Positions 24,317-36,513 of a stretch of 64,000 bases of DNA are shown piece by piece. The notes beneath the pieces are model-generated. The model was given only the letters and a program-made list of their open reading frames with translations. It was not told where the DNA came from and did not search any database. Origin of the DNA: Diadema antillarum (taxonomy: Eukaryota); contig NW_027270918.1 in NCBI RefSeq assembly GCF_040938485.1, positions 4,030,001-4,094,000 of the forward strand. Reading direction: 5' to 3'. A program made the translations under genes and the position numbers. Position 1 is the first letter of the stretch. Each line of letters opens with the position of its first letter.

Positions 24317-25693
24317 ATGAAGCATCTACAGCTGTCCTCGTCGCCTGGTAACCTCAGTGGGAACAATCTGGTTGTAATCATCATGCCGCAGGAACCCATG
24401 GCCACATCCATCGCAGACCTCGGTCATCACGGCACCAATGCCAATGCCACCCAGGATCTGGCAAGCGCGTTCCCGTCTCTTGAGGAAGGGATGGAAGCCA
24501 CATGGAGCGCCCAGGCGTACATTGCGCTGGCCATCATCTTCCTCCTCATGACCATCACATTCATCGGCAACATCCTCATCATCGTGTCTGTGGCCAAGTT
24601 CAAGAGACTGCAGATCCCGCCCAACTACATCTTGGTGAATCTCGCCGTGGCCGACATAGGATTGGCAATCATGATGCCGTTCCTGTTTGCCATCAACTTC
24701 CTGCGTGATGTGGAGGATGGGAATGTTTTATGCCTCGTGCCATACTGTCTCATGTCTCTTCTCAGCGGTGTATCGGTGCTGAACCTCAGCATCATCGCCT
24801 ACGATCGCTACTCCGCCCTGGTGGAGCCCTTGAAGTACTCATCGCGAGTGACGGCAGTCCGCATCGCTGCCATCTGCCTGATGGTGTGGCTGTATGTAAC
24901 TGTTGTTTCAGCTATTCCACTCGTGGGATGGTTTTACCCTCTGTCGGGCATGAACATGATGTGTACTCTGAACTTCTACCACAACTACACTGCCCTGGCG
25001 CAAGTCATTGCCATTTTCTTGCCCGCGCTGGTGTGCATGTTCTTCTGTTACTGTCGCGTGATGCTTGTCGCAAGGCACCACACCCGTGCCATATCCGCCG
25101 TCCAGTTTTCACTCTTCCCAGGTGTACTGAATAAGAACTACAACATGTTTAAAGGTAACAAGTACTGGAGGACACTGGCCCTCATATTGGGCGTCTTTAC
25201 CTTCACCTGGGGTGTATTCATGACCTCGGTGGTGGTTGAGGTCTTCTGCGAAAAGTGCGCAAAGTTCTTGACAATGCACAACTATTCCGGACTCCTCCTC
25301 CTCCTAAACAGCAGCCTCAATCCCTGGATCTATGCATACCGCAACCAGGACTTTCGAGCGGCTTTTAGCAGGGTGCTGCGCTGCTTCCGGAAGCCCTGCA
25401 AGAGGACGCTGACGCGGTCCAGCTCAAACCTGGTGGGCGAGCGCAGGAACTCGCGCATGTCTGTTGCCCTCAGCCGGACGAACAGCCTGTGCGGCAACCT
25501 GCAAACCCTGCAGATGCTCTACGAGCAGGAGATGGCGCTCAAGAACAACAACCAGCAGGATTTCAAGAATGGGGAGGTGGAGACGAGGCAGACCTCGGTA
25601 GCCAACAGCAAGGCGTCCGTCAGACGCGAAAATGACGAGGACATCGAGAGGGCCACTGAGCAAGAGTCTGCCCAAGTGAAGGAAGAAGTCTAG
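24317..25693 (+). CDS. Orphan rhodopsin-family (class A) GPCR, 458 aa, single coding exon
   Basis: Seven hydrophobic segments with class A motifs: GN (TM1), NLAVAD (TM2), Cys3.25, YDRY, W4.50, FTFTW (TM6) and NSSLNPWIYAYRNQDFR (TM7/helix 8). A polypyrimidine tract and CAG acceptor end at 24223, so upstream 5' UTR exon(s) exist. The true start could be a downstream ATG (MPQEP or MATS). Confidence 0.95.
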   Translation: MKHLQLSSSPGNLSGNNLVVIIMPQEPMATSIADLGHHGTNANATQDLASAFPSLEEGMEATWSAQAYIALAIIFLLMTITFIGNILIIVSVAKFKRLQIPPNYILVNLAVADIGLAIMMPFLFAINFLRDVEDGNVLCLVPYCLMSLLSGVSVLNLSIIAYDRYSALVEPLKYSSRVTAVRIAAICLMVWLYVTVVSAIPLVGWFYPLSGMNMMCTLNFYHNYTALAQVIAIFLPALVCMFFCYCRVMLVARHHTRAISAVQFSLFPGVLNKNYNMFKGNKYWRTLALILGVFTFTWGVFMTSVVVEVFCEKCAKFLTMHNYSGLLLLLNSSLNPWIYAYRNQDFRAAFSRVLRCFRKPCKRTLTRSSSNLVGERRNSRMSVALSRTNSLCGNLQTLQMLYEQEMALKNNNQQDFKNGEVETRQTSVANSKASVRRENDEDIERATEQESAQVKEEV

Positions 25694-28600
25694 ACTTGTC
25701 TGTACTAGATTGGACATGAGACATAGAGCCCTTTATCCAAGCAATCTTGATTCGAGAGGGCTTTGATTTGAAATCGCAGCCCTGCTATTTTGCAGAATTG
25801 CAAACCACGACACCAAATTTGCAATTAATGGCGTGAACACAGTCTTAACGAATCAACCAAACACAACCTCATCTTCTGTCCAGTCATTCCATTTGAAATC
25901 CTGTGCTTTTGATATAACAAGCACTCTTCAATTTCATGGAGGTGATAAATGATGTGAAAGTAATCAGATTTTCGATGTGCAATAGGTTATCTGCCTTCAA
26001 TCTGATATCCAATGGGGAAAAGAAGCTTCCTGTGATCAAATTTAGTTCATATCTAGCGAACTTGGACTTCCCCACTTGTCTGACTTGGAAATAAGATTTT
26101 TGCATCAGTGAAGAATGTCAGAAGAGTGATGAAAAGGATACTGTGATATCTTTTTCTAGTGTAGCAGATTGCAGAGTACTATTTTAGGTAGGAAAATATC
26201 CTTGATGATCGATTTTCTATGAATTGGAAACTGAAATGCCTTAATATGATGATGATATCGCAGTAGTGGAATGGTATAAAATTTAGACTGTGCAGTTGTG
26301 CACCATCCATCTATAAAACTGACACGAGGAATGGGTCTGGTGACTTTCTTGAGAATTGTAAGTTTTTGTGACACAATGAACTAGTGGAATACGCTCTTAT
26401 CAGGTTTTATCACAAAATCTCTTTGCACATTCTTGACATTAAGAAGAGTCACTCATTAACTGCCAGTCATCATAGCCTCAGATGTTTTATGAGTTGTGCA
26501 TTGTATGTAATTCAGTATCATACACACATCACAAGTTTTCACTTTTTAGTGTATGTTTCATCTATTTATATTGTGTGAATATTGTTGTGCAATCGTCAAG
26601 GAAAGTTACCTTCTCTTGTGCACCAAAGAACATTACTAAAGTAGTAGTGTTGAGTCTCTTTGTGATATAGTTTTCACCTTGTCCATATACATTTTGAGTA
26701 TACACCATCTCTAATGTGTGCTTTGTGACTTTGATTGGAAAACATTGATTTCACTTTGTTGGCATTTGTTCAATAGGGTAATGGAGCACATAATAGTATT
26801 CTTAGGAGTCAGTGTAGAACGACTGGGGTAGCGAAAATGGGATGCTACCCACATTTGAAGTATAAGCATATTGGAATGCAAATGTGGTGAGAGCTTATCG
26901 AAAGAGTTTCAAAAACGTGCTGTGGATGAAATTTAATGTTAGGTATGTAAATTTGTCTTCTTTATTTAAAAAAAAAATTCTAGGTATTAAAAGAATGGCA
27001 ATATGACACTTGAAGCTGAGCAGAGGAAAGGCATATTTTTACATTGACTGGGCAGAGTACAGTGGATATGTTTTTTTGTGTGTGTGCTACGGAATGAGAT
27101 ACAATAATTATTTCGTCAAACTAAACTTTGGAACACTGTGATTATTTTTTCAAAGCACATTCATGTCATTTCTTATCTAAAATCCATCCATCCCCATGGC
27201 CCAAATCTGATCATGTATTTTTGATTCACACCCATGTAATCCTTTTATAGGCTATGTGCAAAGGACTAATTAATCTCTCCAGTTATCTATGCTCTCTTGC
27301 TCATGTGCTTGCAGCATAATCCTCCCTTGTTTCAAGTGACATTAATGAGATTCAGGAATCTGATCTGTTTGTCTTAGACAAATTGCTAATGTCCATCAAG
27401 GATTTTTGCAAAAGAACGTATTGTGTTGCCTTGATTCTGTTGTAAAATCAAATGTGCCAGAATGCTTTACCTTCTTTTTTTGTGTGTCTTTCGTTCTTTC
27501 AATTAGCATTTGGTACATTTTCACAGTACAAGCCAAGAGATATATTGATTTAAATATATCTTGCCTGTCTCCTGGGTTCAATTTTAATAAAATTCTTTAG
27601 ATAGATTAATTGCTATGATGGCAAGGTGAGTTATGATGCAGTCCAAGATCTGCTGGATTTTTATTCTGCAATGAAAGGTAGTCCAGAATTTAGGCTCACC
27701 TCCTTGCCAAATATAGAACTTGACAATGACCAAGATAGAATGATAGCGAGAGAGGGAGAGGGGGAGAAGGGGGGGGGGGGAGCATTGTCAAAAGATCACT
27801 ATTCTGTGCGAGGTAAGCTTATTAGCTAATCATATTAACACTAATAACGGGGACCTGCACTGGGCACACCTGTTTCATACAAGGCATTTCCGTGTCAAGG
27901 TGATAGAAAGCTTAAAATAGATCTCTATCATTCAACTGAGACGGCTCCTAAATCATTGACCAATAATTACATATCATCTTGTCAGCCACTATATCGGATA
28001 GAATAGATTGTGTCCCTTTTTCCTCAAGTTAAGAGGAAGTCCCTAATACCATTTTTTCCCTCTAAGAATTTGACCATCTTTAAAAGATATCTCACGTTAT
28101 CAATCTCACTCTTTTTTTTTTCCTATGAGGGAGCTTTGCTTGGTGAGGTTTTTTTTTTATGGGCATGGAGTGGTTTGGGCACAGATGTATATTTCTGCAT
28201 ACATTTGCATGTCTATTGTATAATGTCCTTATTTATTTATTGTGATACGACTCTCATACTCATTGAAAATGTACTAAAGTATGTGCAAGTGATGCATAGT
28301 TGAGATTTGGCTAATTTGTGTGTTCAGAGAGAGAGAGAGAGAGGGAGAGAGAGAGAGAGAGGTGAGATCTAGAAAGGAGTTCTCATGTAAGAGTCAGGTT
28401 GCACTTTACCACCTACGTCTTGATTTGCTGAGTATTTTTGTCAATACATTTTGTCAATAAATTGGTAAAAGCACAGCTGATCTGGTATGCCCAACTCTTT
28501 CTTGAAGCAACTGTTTTGTGAATTTGTATTTTTTGATTGCGATGATAGTGCAATAGAGACGGCGAAAGATAGAGAGAGAGAGAAACAAAAAAGAGAAGGT

Positions 28601-29200
28601 GTTTGAATGTGTTTAAGCTCTTTTAGAAATTTCTAACTTGGAGTATGATAAAAAATTGTTTGGATGATGGTCTTAAGAAGGAATTAGGACAGAAATTAAT
28701 AATCAAGCTACTAATATTTATCTTGCGACACTTCTTGTAAAAGAGAAATCACTATTGCTTAGACAAGAGTTCAAATGCATGTGTTTGTTTGTGTGCGTGT
28801 GTGTCAGTGTGTGTGTGTGCGTGTGTAACCTCCTTGATGTACTTAATCTACAAATGGATGTGCAGTAAACTAATAATTTGGGGCTATAAAAGGAAGCATT
28901 AACAATCATTGGCAAAACATTTTGTGGGGCCTTGAATTTAGCACACTTAGCAGAGTTCAATGTACCAGAAAAATCTGCATGAAGCAGGAACAGTACAATA
29001 ACAACAACAACAACAAATGATCAGGGATACATTCTTTGTGGCATTGACCAGCATTTGACTGCAATCCTACCCTTATTCATCCATGAAACGAAGGGCAGAG
29101 TAATAAAGGGCTGTATATGGCATGTATGACATGAGGGATACGTTCGTTCATTGATGAGTTCTTTCAGGAGTACGTTGAACTAGATATACTGGAACAACAT

Positions 29201-29275
29201 GTAACACCAAACATTGCACTATCTGTACCAGTTACACCAAACATTGCACTATATATACCCTCAACACCAAACACC
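29201..29275. repeat. 30-bp tandem repeat (about 2.5 copies)
   Basis: ACACCAAACATTGCACTAT recurs with a period of 30. Confidence 0.75.
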
Positions 29276-29495
29276 AATGACAAACACTGTCATTCTACAT
29301 TGTGTAACACCTGCTAAAATATGAACATCAAACATGTGTAAATGGTCTGAATTCCAATACAGGGTCTAGATTTAGACCATGGTCTAAATCTGACCACATT
29401 CTGAAATTTGGGAAGACGAGTCAAACACATGCACTGTATCCATCAAACTCAATTCCAAATCGGAACTTTGACCCTAAACAGCTTTTATCTTCACT

Positions 29496-29530
<35 letters not shown>

Positions 29531-32500
29531 ACAGTGTGTATCTCTCCATAAATAAGATCCTACGCTTGATTTCTACTATTATGGCTGGGCATACTAACTT
29601 ATTTACTGAGAGAAATAGTTTAAAAGGAAAACCACTATAACTATACATTCTCTGCAAAACAAATTTCCTTCGACTTTGATCTGTATCCCAACTTCTTGCC
29701 ATCACATGAAAACAAAGTGAGAACAATTTAAACAGAAAGCAAAATTTCTAGTACTGGTAGCATAACCTAAACACTCTACAGTCATGATCAAAGACAGTCT
29801 GCTAGACAATGCTAAGAGCAAAGAGTAGCACAGTGTTTGTTTAAAATGCTTGAATGTGGATACAACAGAAATTGCTATCTTTCTACGGATTTCTGTTCAA
29901 TCCATTACTTTGAAGGATGGATGACAATTACCAAAGAGAATAGGCACTACCTCAGAGGAACATAATACTGCTACTAGATATCTGAGATTGAACTGACATG
30001 TTTGTGGGTTTTCTGAATACAACTTCCCTTGCATCCATACAGTTATATTCTTTACTACACATACATTCTAAAAAAACAGATTCCCTTCTGATGCATCAAG
30101 TCATTCCTGTGATGTATTCTGAACAATAGAGGGCAGCATTCACCAATACAGTAGAGCGCTATTTGATATTGCGGCAGTGTCGTGCAGGATATTCTCAGTG
30201 GGATTTTAGAGGTGTATACCCTACTCAGGAGCCTTAAGCAAAACAAGCAAACAACAAACATACAAACTTGACAATGTTAACAGTTAGCAGTCGCATACTT
30301 TTCAGCATGCCAGAGTGGTATTCAGACCAGGGAGGTGAAATCTATCTGATTCTAAAATAATTTGAGTATAACTGGAAAATAAGTTCTACTGTAAACTAGT
30401 AGCATGATAGACTTTCTATGATTTTTTTTTTCTTCAAAAGTTGATTGATATACAAATTTCAAAGGAGAATATGCCTATAAAGGTGATTGTTTTGATTAGA
30501 AAAGTCAAACAAAAGCAACAAAGATACCAACGCTATATAATACAATGACCATTAACAGTTTGTCTTACAGGAACATCATGGTACTGTAAATCAAGATATT
30601 TTCACAGCATTAAATTTTTGGCAAATTGTCACTGGCATTCAAAGCATATACTGGAGTAGAGAACTTTTGAGCGCATTTTAATTTTGCAAATCTTGGCCCC
30701 CGTGAAATTCACAAAATTTAAAGGGACTGTACAATATTGGTTGAGGTGAGGATTCAGCTTGTTACGTTTTGCGAGATATTTAGAACCACTCTGTGAAATG
30801 TTAAAGAGGATACAATTCTAAGGGGAATCAAAAGTTTATTTGATGAAAACCAATTTTGAAATGACTGAGATATCATAAAGACAAGGTAAAACAAGGAAAT
30901 CCTAATAAAAGTTGTGGCATGCCACTTTTATTAGGATCACTCTTTTTGGATATCTCAGCCATTTCAAGACCAATTTTCATCAAATTAACATGGACTCCTT
31001 CTTGAAATTACATGCTCTTTCATATTTCATAAGCATTCCCTCACTATCTCACCAAAAAAAAAGTTATAAACCTGAATCCTCACCTCAACCAGTACTGTAC
31101 AGCCCCTTTAAAATTTACACAAACATTCCTTGTTTTACAGTAGTCATCATGGTCACAGGATGATACCATCTCACATGCACGAAGAAAGATTCAAGTGGAC
31201 TGATGGCTCCAATAAAATAAAATTGGGAAAGTGAATGAGTGATAAATGACAAAGTTCAAGCATTGGCCTTTTTCATGTCAACAAGGAAGACATGGCAACT
31301 ATGCAACGTGTCCAAACAATAAATACCCAACACTTCCACACAATGCAAGCAACCCTCCCCGCCTCCCCCCCCCCCCCCCACACACACACACACACATGCA
31401 CACACAAATGCACAAACAAAAACAAAAACACAGACAAAAATTTCTATAGGTTCCTTCAATGTAAACAATACTGAAACAGAATTACTTGGTATTCACCTTC
31501 AATATGCATAGTTTAATGTCATCACATCTCTTTATCTCTTCACACAGTATCACCATCTATAAGAGAACAAAAATAAATAAAATATAATCATGCATTTATC
31601 AGTTGCTTGATCAAATTTCCAACAATAAGAAGCTGTGTGCAACTACATGTATGCTATGACTTCAATATCAACCAACTAAATGGTAAAAGATCTAGGAAAT
31701 CTAGGAATAGAATAACTGGACTGTCATCTTGGATGATTGAAGGATTTCAAGATTGAAGAAGTATCTGATCATCTACCCTGGAATTTAATGTTCAGCAAGA
31801 GATGCTCACAGCATTCTGAATATAACTGGGAATTATACAAGGCTATATTTGTGGATTGAGTGAATGCAGCAATATTAGTACAACACATCACTGAAGTTTG
31901 AGGAAAATCAGGCAATCTGTTCAAAGGTTACAAATTTTTAAAGACAGTTCATGATGTCACTGCACGACAATGATAAAAAGAGAATATACACACAATCACT
32001 TTTCGTGAAAATCACATGTTCCACTGACTTGTTACTGACTATTCCCCCTACTTTCTGAAAGGGGTACATCATGTGGTCTTTTGTTATGCTTGAAAAATGA
32101 AAATACATTGAATTTTCTCTACATTTTTCAGCCCTGTTTGCTTCATATTTGCAATAGAATACAGTAAATTCCATTGGTAGATACACGTTTTGCAACAGAA
32201 AAGCCAAGACAGCTCAGTATGAAGGTACACTAAAAGTCTGTTTCTTCTCCTAGGGTTGGCTTGTAAAAAAAAGAAAAAAAAAAAAGAAGTTTCAGCCTTT
32301 TTGTTCGAAATGGAAGTTATTCAACTAATGGCTACAGGCAAGAATATTTAGAGAACAGTAATGCTCCTCACAGCAAGCAGAGTCCCTCTTGATATGAATT
32401 CATGGCAGTGGGGTTGTAAGACATAAAGGAGACTTATAAGGAAATCAATGATGTTAGCTGACTTACCAAGAATACCCCATGGACTCATCTCTCAAACTTG

Positions 32501-33234
32501 GACTGCGCCCTCTATAGTCACAAGCATGAAAGGGGAATTTCCCTTTTATGAGAAAGTGGTTTAGCCCAAAATGGTTCATAAAGCATGGTACCTTGTATAA
32601 ATCTTGCAATATGCTTCTTGGTTTTGTAGGCTTAATGTACCTTGCAAACACATCCGAATCTGTGTTGCAGATTTACATCGGGATAGACCTTAACATGATA
32701 GTTCTGAGGTGGGTTCAGAAGAATCAACTTTCTCTTTCTCTGAGGATGTGCCAGCACAAGACAAAAAAAAAAATAAAATAAAATAAAAAATTGAGCAGGA
32801 TTATGGTAAAAATATGTATGTCAAGAAGATTCGAAGTTAGTAACATTGCATGCACCAAACTTTCGGAGGGTACTAAAAACTAGTACACTTAATAAGTTAT
32901 TTTCCTTTCCACACAAATGTTATGTGGTCAGTTGCTCTTGTTTAACACATGCTATGACATTACTCCTGCAAATAAAATTTCTGCTTGGGAATCCAACACA
33001 TTTTGCTGCATCTGAGAGTATTTTTCCAGCAACAACAAAAAAAAAAAATCCAAACAGAATGCAAAGTGTACTTTGTCAACCTGATCTCTTTGAATGAAAA
33101 AAAAAAAGAAAGAAAAAGTGTATGTTGTCAACTTGATCTCTTCACAGGAGTTGAAAGAGCAAAGAAACAAATGAACACAGGCAAATGACAATTTGTATTC
33201 AAAATTTTCAGCATGATCACATGTCACATAACTG

Positions 33235-34359
33235 TCATACTTTAAAGTTGCAAATGATGCCACTAGGGTTTGCCTTCTGTTTGCATAGAGCTAGCATCTC
33301 CTCCATATTGCTGATAATATGTGGAAGCACTGAATCTCGAACGTGGGCTTGCTCCATCATCATCAGGATTTCCTGGAGCATCCTTTGAAGTTCACGAGCG
33401 TAATCGATGTGTGCCACATCACTGCGGGATAGCGGCTGAGGGCACAGCATCTCCGACGTGAAGTTGGTACCACCACCTACCGGCGTGGTATCTTGGGTGG
33501 CGGTCATCGCAGGAGCAACCTTGCTGGATCCCTGATCAATCCCGCTGCTGCTGCTGTTGTCCATGACATGCAGCGCTTCAATGACCACTGACTGTGGTCG
33601 AGACTCATGTGGAGTGGGAAGGTCAGCTCGTCTGGCTAGTTTTTCCTTTTTTTCCAGCCGTCTCTGGATGGCACGAATTTGGCTTCTGTTGATGCGCCGC
33701 AGGCGGGCATCTTGTGTCTCGCACGCCCTACACTGGTACTCCTCATGGATGTGTTCGACCGACACTCCCGACTTCAGCTTGTCCCTAATCTCCTTCCGAA
33801 CTCCATCCGGCAAGGGATGGTGCACGGCGTCATCTGGGGATACGGCGTGGGAGTGGGATTTGTAGTACGCGACATCGACCCTCCCCGACTTCTTGCACCT
33901 CCGGACAAGCATTCGGGCGGGGCAGACTAGGTTTGTCTTCACGACACCCTTCCTGGGTCTTCTGTCTGTTTTCCTGGCCATTTTGTTCTTGGCTGTATGG
34001 CTGCGTGCACTGCCATCTCTCTGGCAGATGTAGTGCTGATGGACCACGGAGAGGTGATCAATGTCGCCTCGCTGCTTTGTGAACAGGACGAAATTCTCCT
34101 TCTCCTCCTGAGTCTTCCAAGCAAGGAATTTCTCTGCCGTTGGGAAGGAAATGTCCATCTTCTCTGTGATCTGTCCATGTGCTGTTTCAAAGTGAGACAG
34201 CAGCTTTGTCTGGTGATAGAACTTTGCAGTGCATCCTGGAAAACTGCACGAAGCCCGCCCTCTTGCTGTGCCTCTCTTGTGAATGTTTCTGTTGTGGCGG
34301 TTCAGGTTTGTTCGGAAGGTGAATCTGGTCTGGCACAAGGAGCACTCAAACCCTTCAGC
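33235..34359 (-). CDS. Main coding exon of a C2H2 zinc-finger / MULE-FAR1 (WRKY-GCM1-like) DNA-binding-domain protein
   Basis: Intact 374-codon exon starting after the acceptor ttttgtccag (phase 0). It has two C2H2 fingers (CSLC...HNRNIH; CSFPGC...HFETAH), then FLAWK..EE, YICQRDG, CPARM...VDVAYYKSHSH, the pattern seen at MULE transposase N-termini. The ORF track start at 34404 lies inside the polypyrimidine tract. Confidence 0.8.
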   Translation of the reverse strand, partial: AEGFECSLCQTRFTFRTNLNRHNRNIHKRGTARGRASCSFPGCTAKFYHQTKLLSHFETAHGQITEKMDISFPTAEKFLAWKTQEEKENFVLFTKQRGDIDHLSVVHQHYICQRDGSARSHTAKNKMARKTDRRPRKGVVKTNLVCPARMLVRRCKKSGRVDVAYYKSHSHAVSPDDAVHHPLPDGVRKEIRDKLKSGVSVEHIHEEYQCRACETQDARLRRINRSQIRAIQRRLEKKEKLARRADLPTPHESRPQSVVIEALHVMDNSSSSGIDQGSSKVAPAMTATQDTTPVGGGTNFTSEMLCPQPLSRSDVAHIDYARELQRMLQEILMMMEQAHVRDSVLPHIISNMEEMLALCKQKANPSGIICNFKV

Positions 34360-34904
34360 CTGGACAAAAAAAAAAAACACAAACAAAAACAAAAACATGA
34401 ACAAGAACAGGATGAATATGTAACTGCATACTGCTGCCTTACGTCAAGGAATACACATTGACTCGTTTGATATGATAATAATACACTGTAGTATCCTTCA
34501 TATTGATTATTAAAGACTGTAATTTTTGCATGTCTCTGGCATTATATGCATGAATGTGCACATAATGGCACATCTTATTCCCAGCTTGACTAAACTCAAT
34601 ACGTTGTATTATCAAAACAATCGCCTCATGTTAAGTTACTGCCTGTACAGTAATAGAAGGTCAAATCAAGTATCTTGGACAGAAGTGCGTACATGTTGAT
34701 GTAGTAGGATTTAACAGAAGTTGCTATTTTGAAAAATAAAAGGCCTCCTAGAAACATGGGGAATTTGAATAAAGTATGATAAAGTGCATACATTTTATCT
34801 AAAGGTGAGTAGAAAACCTCTTGTGCAGTAATTCAGGAATGCCAACTTCAGGATTGTTGTTTCCTTTCATTCAAAATGTTTACAATACAATAAATTTTAT
34901 GTTT

Positions 34905-35133
34905 ACTTATGAAATATAACAGTGTATTGCCAACTGCCTCTTGTTTTGTTTTTGTTTTGTTTTGTTTTGTTTTTTTTTGGGGGGGGGGTAGGGGGTGTTG
35001 TTTTGTTTTGGAAAGAGTTGATAATGTTTTTTGTATTATTATGCACATACAGTCTGTTTTTCAGTTTTGATGTGAACCAAATATGGTTAGTCTTCAGATT
35101 TTTATTTAATAAAATCTGAATTGAATTGAATTG
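34905..35133 (+). mobile_element. Possible LINE 3' UTR remnant in the zinc-finger gene intron
   Basis: Ends with AATAAA (35108-35113) followed by a (TGAAT)n tail. Confidence 0.35.
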
Positions 35134-35478
35134 GAGTCTATGAAAATATCCAAGATTTGGGGAAATCTCAGGAAATGGACCAGAACACTCCGCCACAAGC
35201 TTAAAACACTTGACAAAAATGTTTGTGGATTAAAGATTCTAAATGACATTGATGACACCAACAAGACTGGGCTCTGATAAATCCTGTTCTTCAGTTTTTG
35301 AATTGCATGTTAAATTAGCAAAATTTGGGGAGCAAGAAGAATAATTTGGCATTTCTACTTAATTTGTGGTTGACCGATTATTAAACTGTTTAACAGATGA
35401 AGGCTTCACCCATCTGCACACAATGTTTCAATATGGTACAACTGAACTGCTCACTTGCACAGAGGTTGGCTATAGTAC

Positions 35479-35511
35479 CTTATCTGATATGTTTTCATGA
35501 GCCATAATCAT
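35479..35511 (-). CDS. Probable first coding exon segment (MIMAHENISDK) of the zinc-finger/MULE-DBD gene
   Basis: ATG at 35511 followed by 11 codons ending AAG|gtacta. This phase-0 donor joins in frame to AEGFECSLC at 34359. Confidence 0.6.
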
Positions 35512-35730
35512 CGAGGTTTCAGGTTAAGCTTTACTTATGCTGTCAGAACTTGCTGGCTGGCTTTCTCGGAAGTCCTTTTCATTTCATCCAAGCTTGTTCC
35601 GTTCTGTGACCCCATCTTCAGAAAAATAAAGAGAATAATTCACAATGTAAATTGTAAAAAGAAACAGGTGTTTTTCTTGTATGATATCGCAGATAGCTAG
35701 GCAAGTTAAGAAATAAAACTTGATATTACA

Positions 35731-36203
35731 TAGTATACAAATAGTGAATGGTCACGAGTGCAATGGTTTTGCACGAGTAAAGACCATACACTATTTGTTT
35801 TATACAACACCTCGAACGTCAACAGATTTGGTACTCACAGATTCTTGAATTTAGCACAAAAATGGCAACCATTTTCCGTGAAAGACGAATGAGTAGCCTC
35901 AAGGTTGCAGTCACTGTATAAGTAACACTACACGTGTACAAATGTACGTACACGTACGTACGTACATGTGAAACGAAGTTGTTTATAAAATGAGTGACAA
36001 AAGTATGCGCTTGTAATTGTTGAGTGCACGCGGCACATGTTTGTTTATTGTGACATCAGAGCGCGTGCAATAGAACATTTTGGTCGAACCAAAATTGCAT
36101 GGCTGAGACAGCCAGAGCGTGCAATAGAAAGTTTCCCTAAATGTCATGTGACGGGCAATCGACCAATCAGATAGCTACATTCTAAATAGGTGTTGTATAA
36201 AAA
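35731..36203. mobile_element. Unclassified hairpin-ended non-autonomous element
   Basis: Left hairpin at 35731-35805, inverted repeat TTTTATACAACACCT (35798) / AGGTGTTGTATAAAA (36188), and an internal (GTAC)n run. Confidence 0.5.
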
Positions 36204-36209
36204 CAGTTG

Positions 36210-36513
36210 CAGAGACTCCAACCCAAAGCACCTTCTGATCTGGAGATTCTCCCGCCTGAAACCCCTAGCAAACGGGAGACTCCAAGTTGATGTGTGCGAA
36301 GAGCGAAATTCCTAGGGTTCTAGATGCTCTCTGGTGCTATCTAAGGCTTATTTTTTTCAACATACAATAGCAATAAGTAAGAAATCCTTTCCAACGGGAG
36401 ACACAGAGCCAGGGCGGGAGAAAATAAATCTCAAACGGGAGAACGGGAGACTTTGCAAAAATGGGTTTTCGGAGGGAGATCTCCCGTCGAAAACGGGAGA
36501 GTTGGAGTCTCTG
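36210..36513. mobile_element. hAT-like MITE with a 6-bp TSD (inverted copy of 18784-19086)
   Basis: Same TIRs; TSD CAGTTG on both sides. Confidence 0.8.

Noticed and set aside
24427-25717. Alternative-frame and antisense ORFs over the GPCR; likewise 33557-34461, 53885-54213 and 58665-59309
   Set aside because: Shadows of GC-rich real coding sequence with no independent homology.
34360-34404. ORF-track N-termini at 34404 (MFMFLFLF...), 54177 and 58593
   Set aside because: These run through intron polypyrimidine tracts. Splice acceptors and downstream ATGs explain the real starts.
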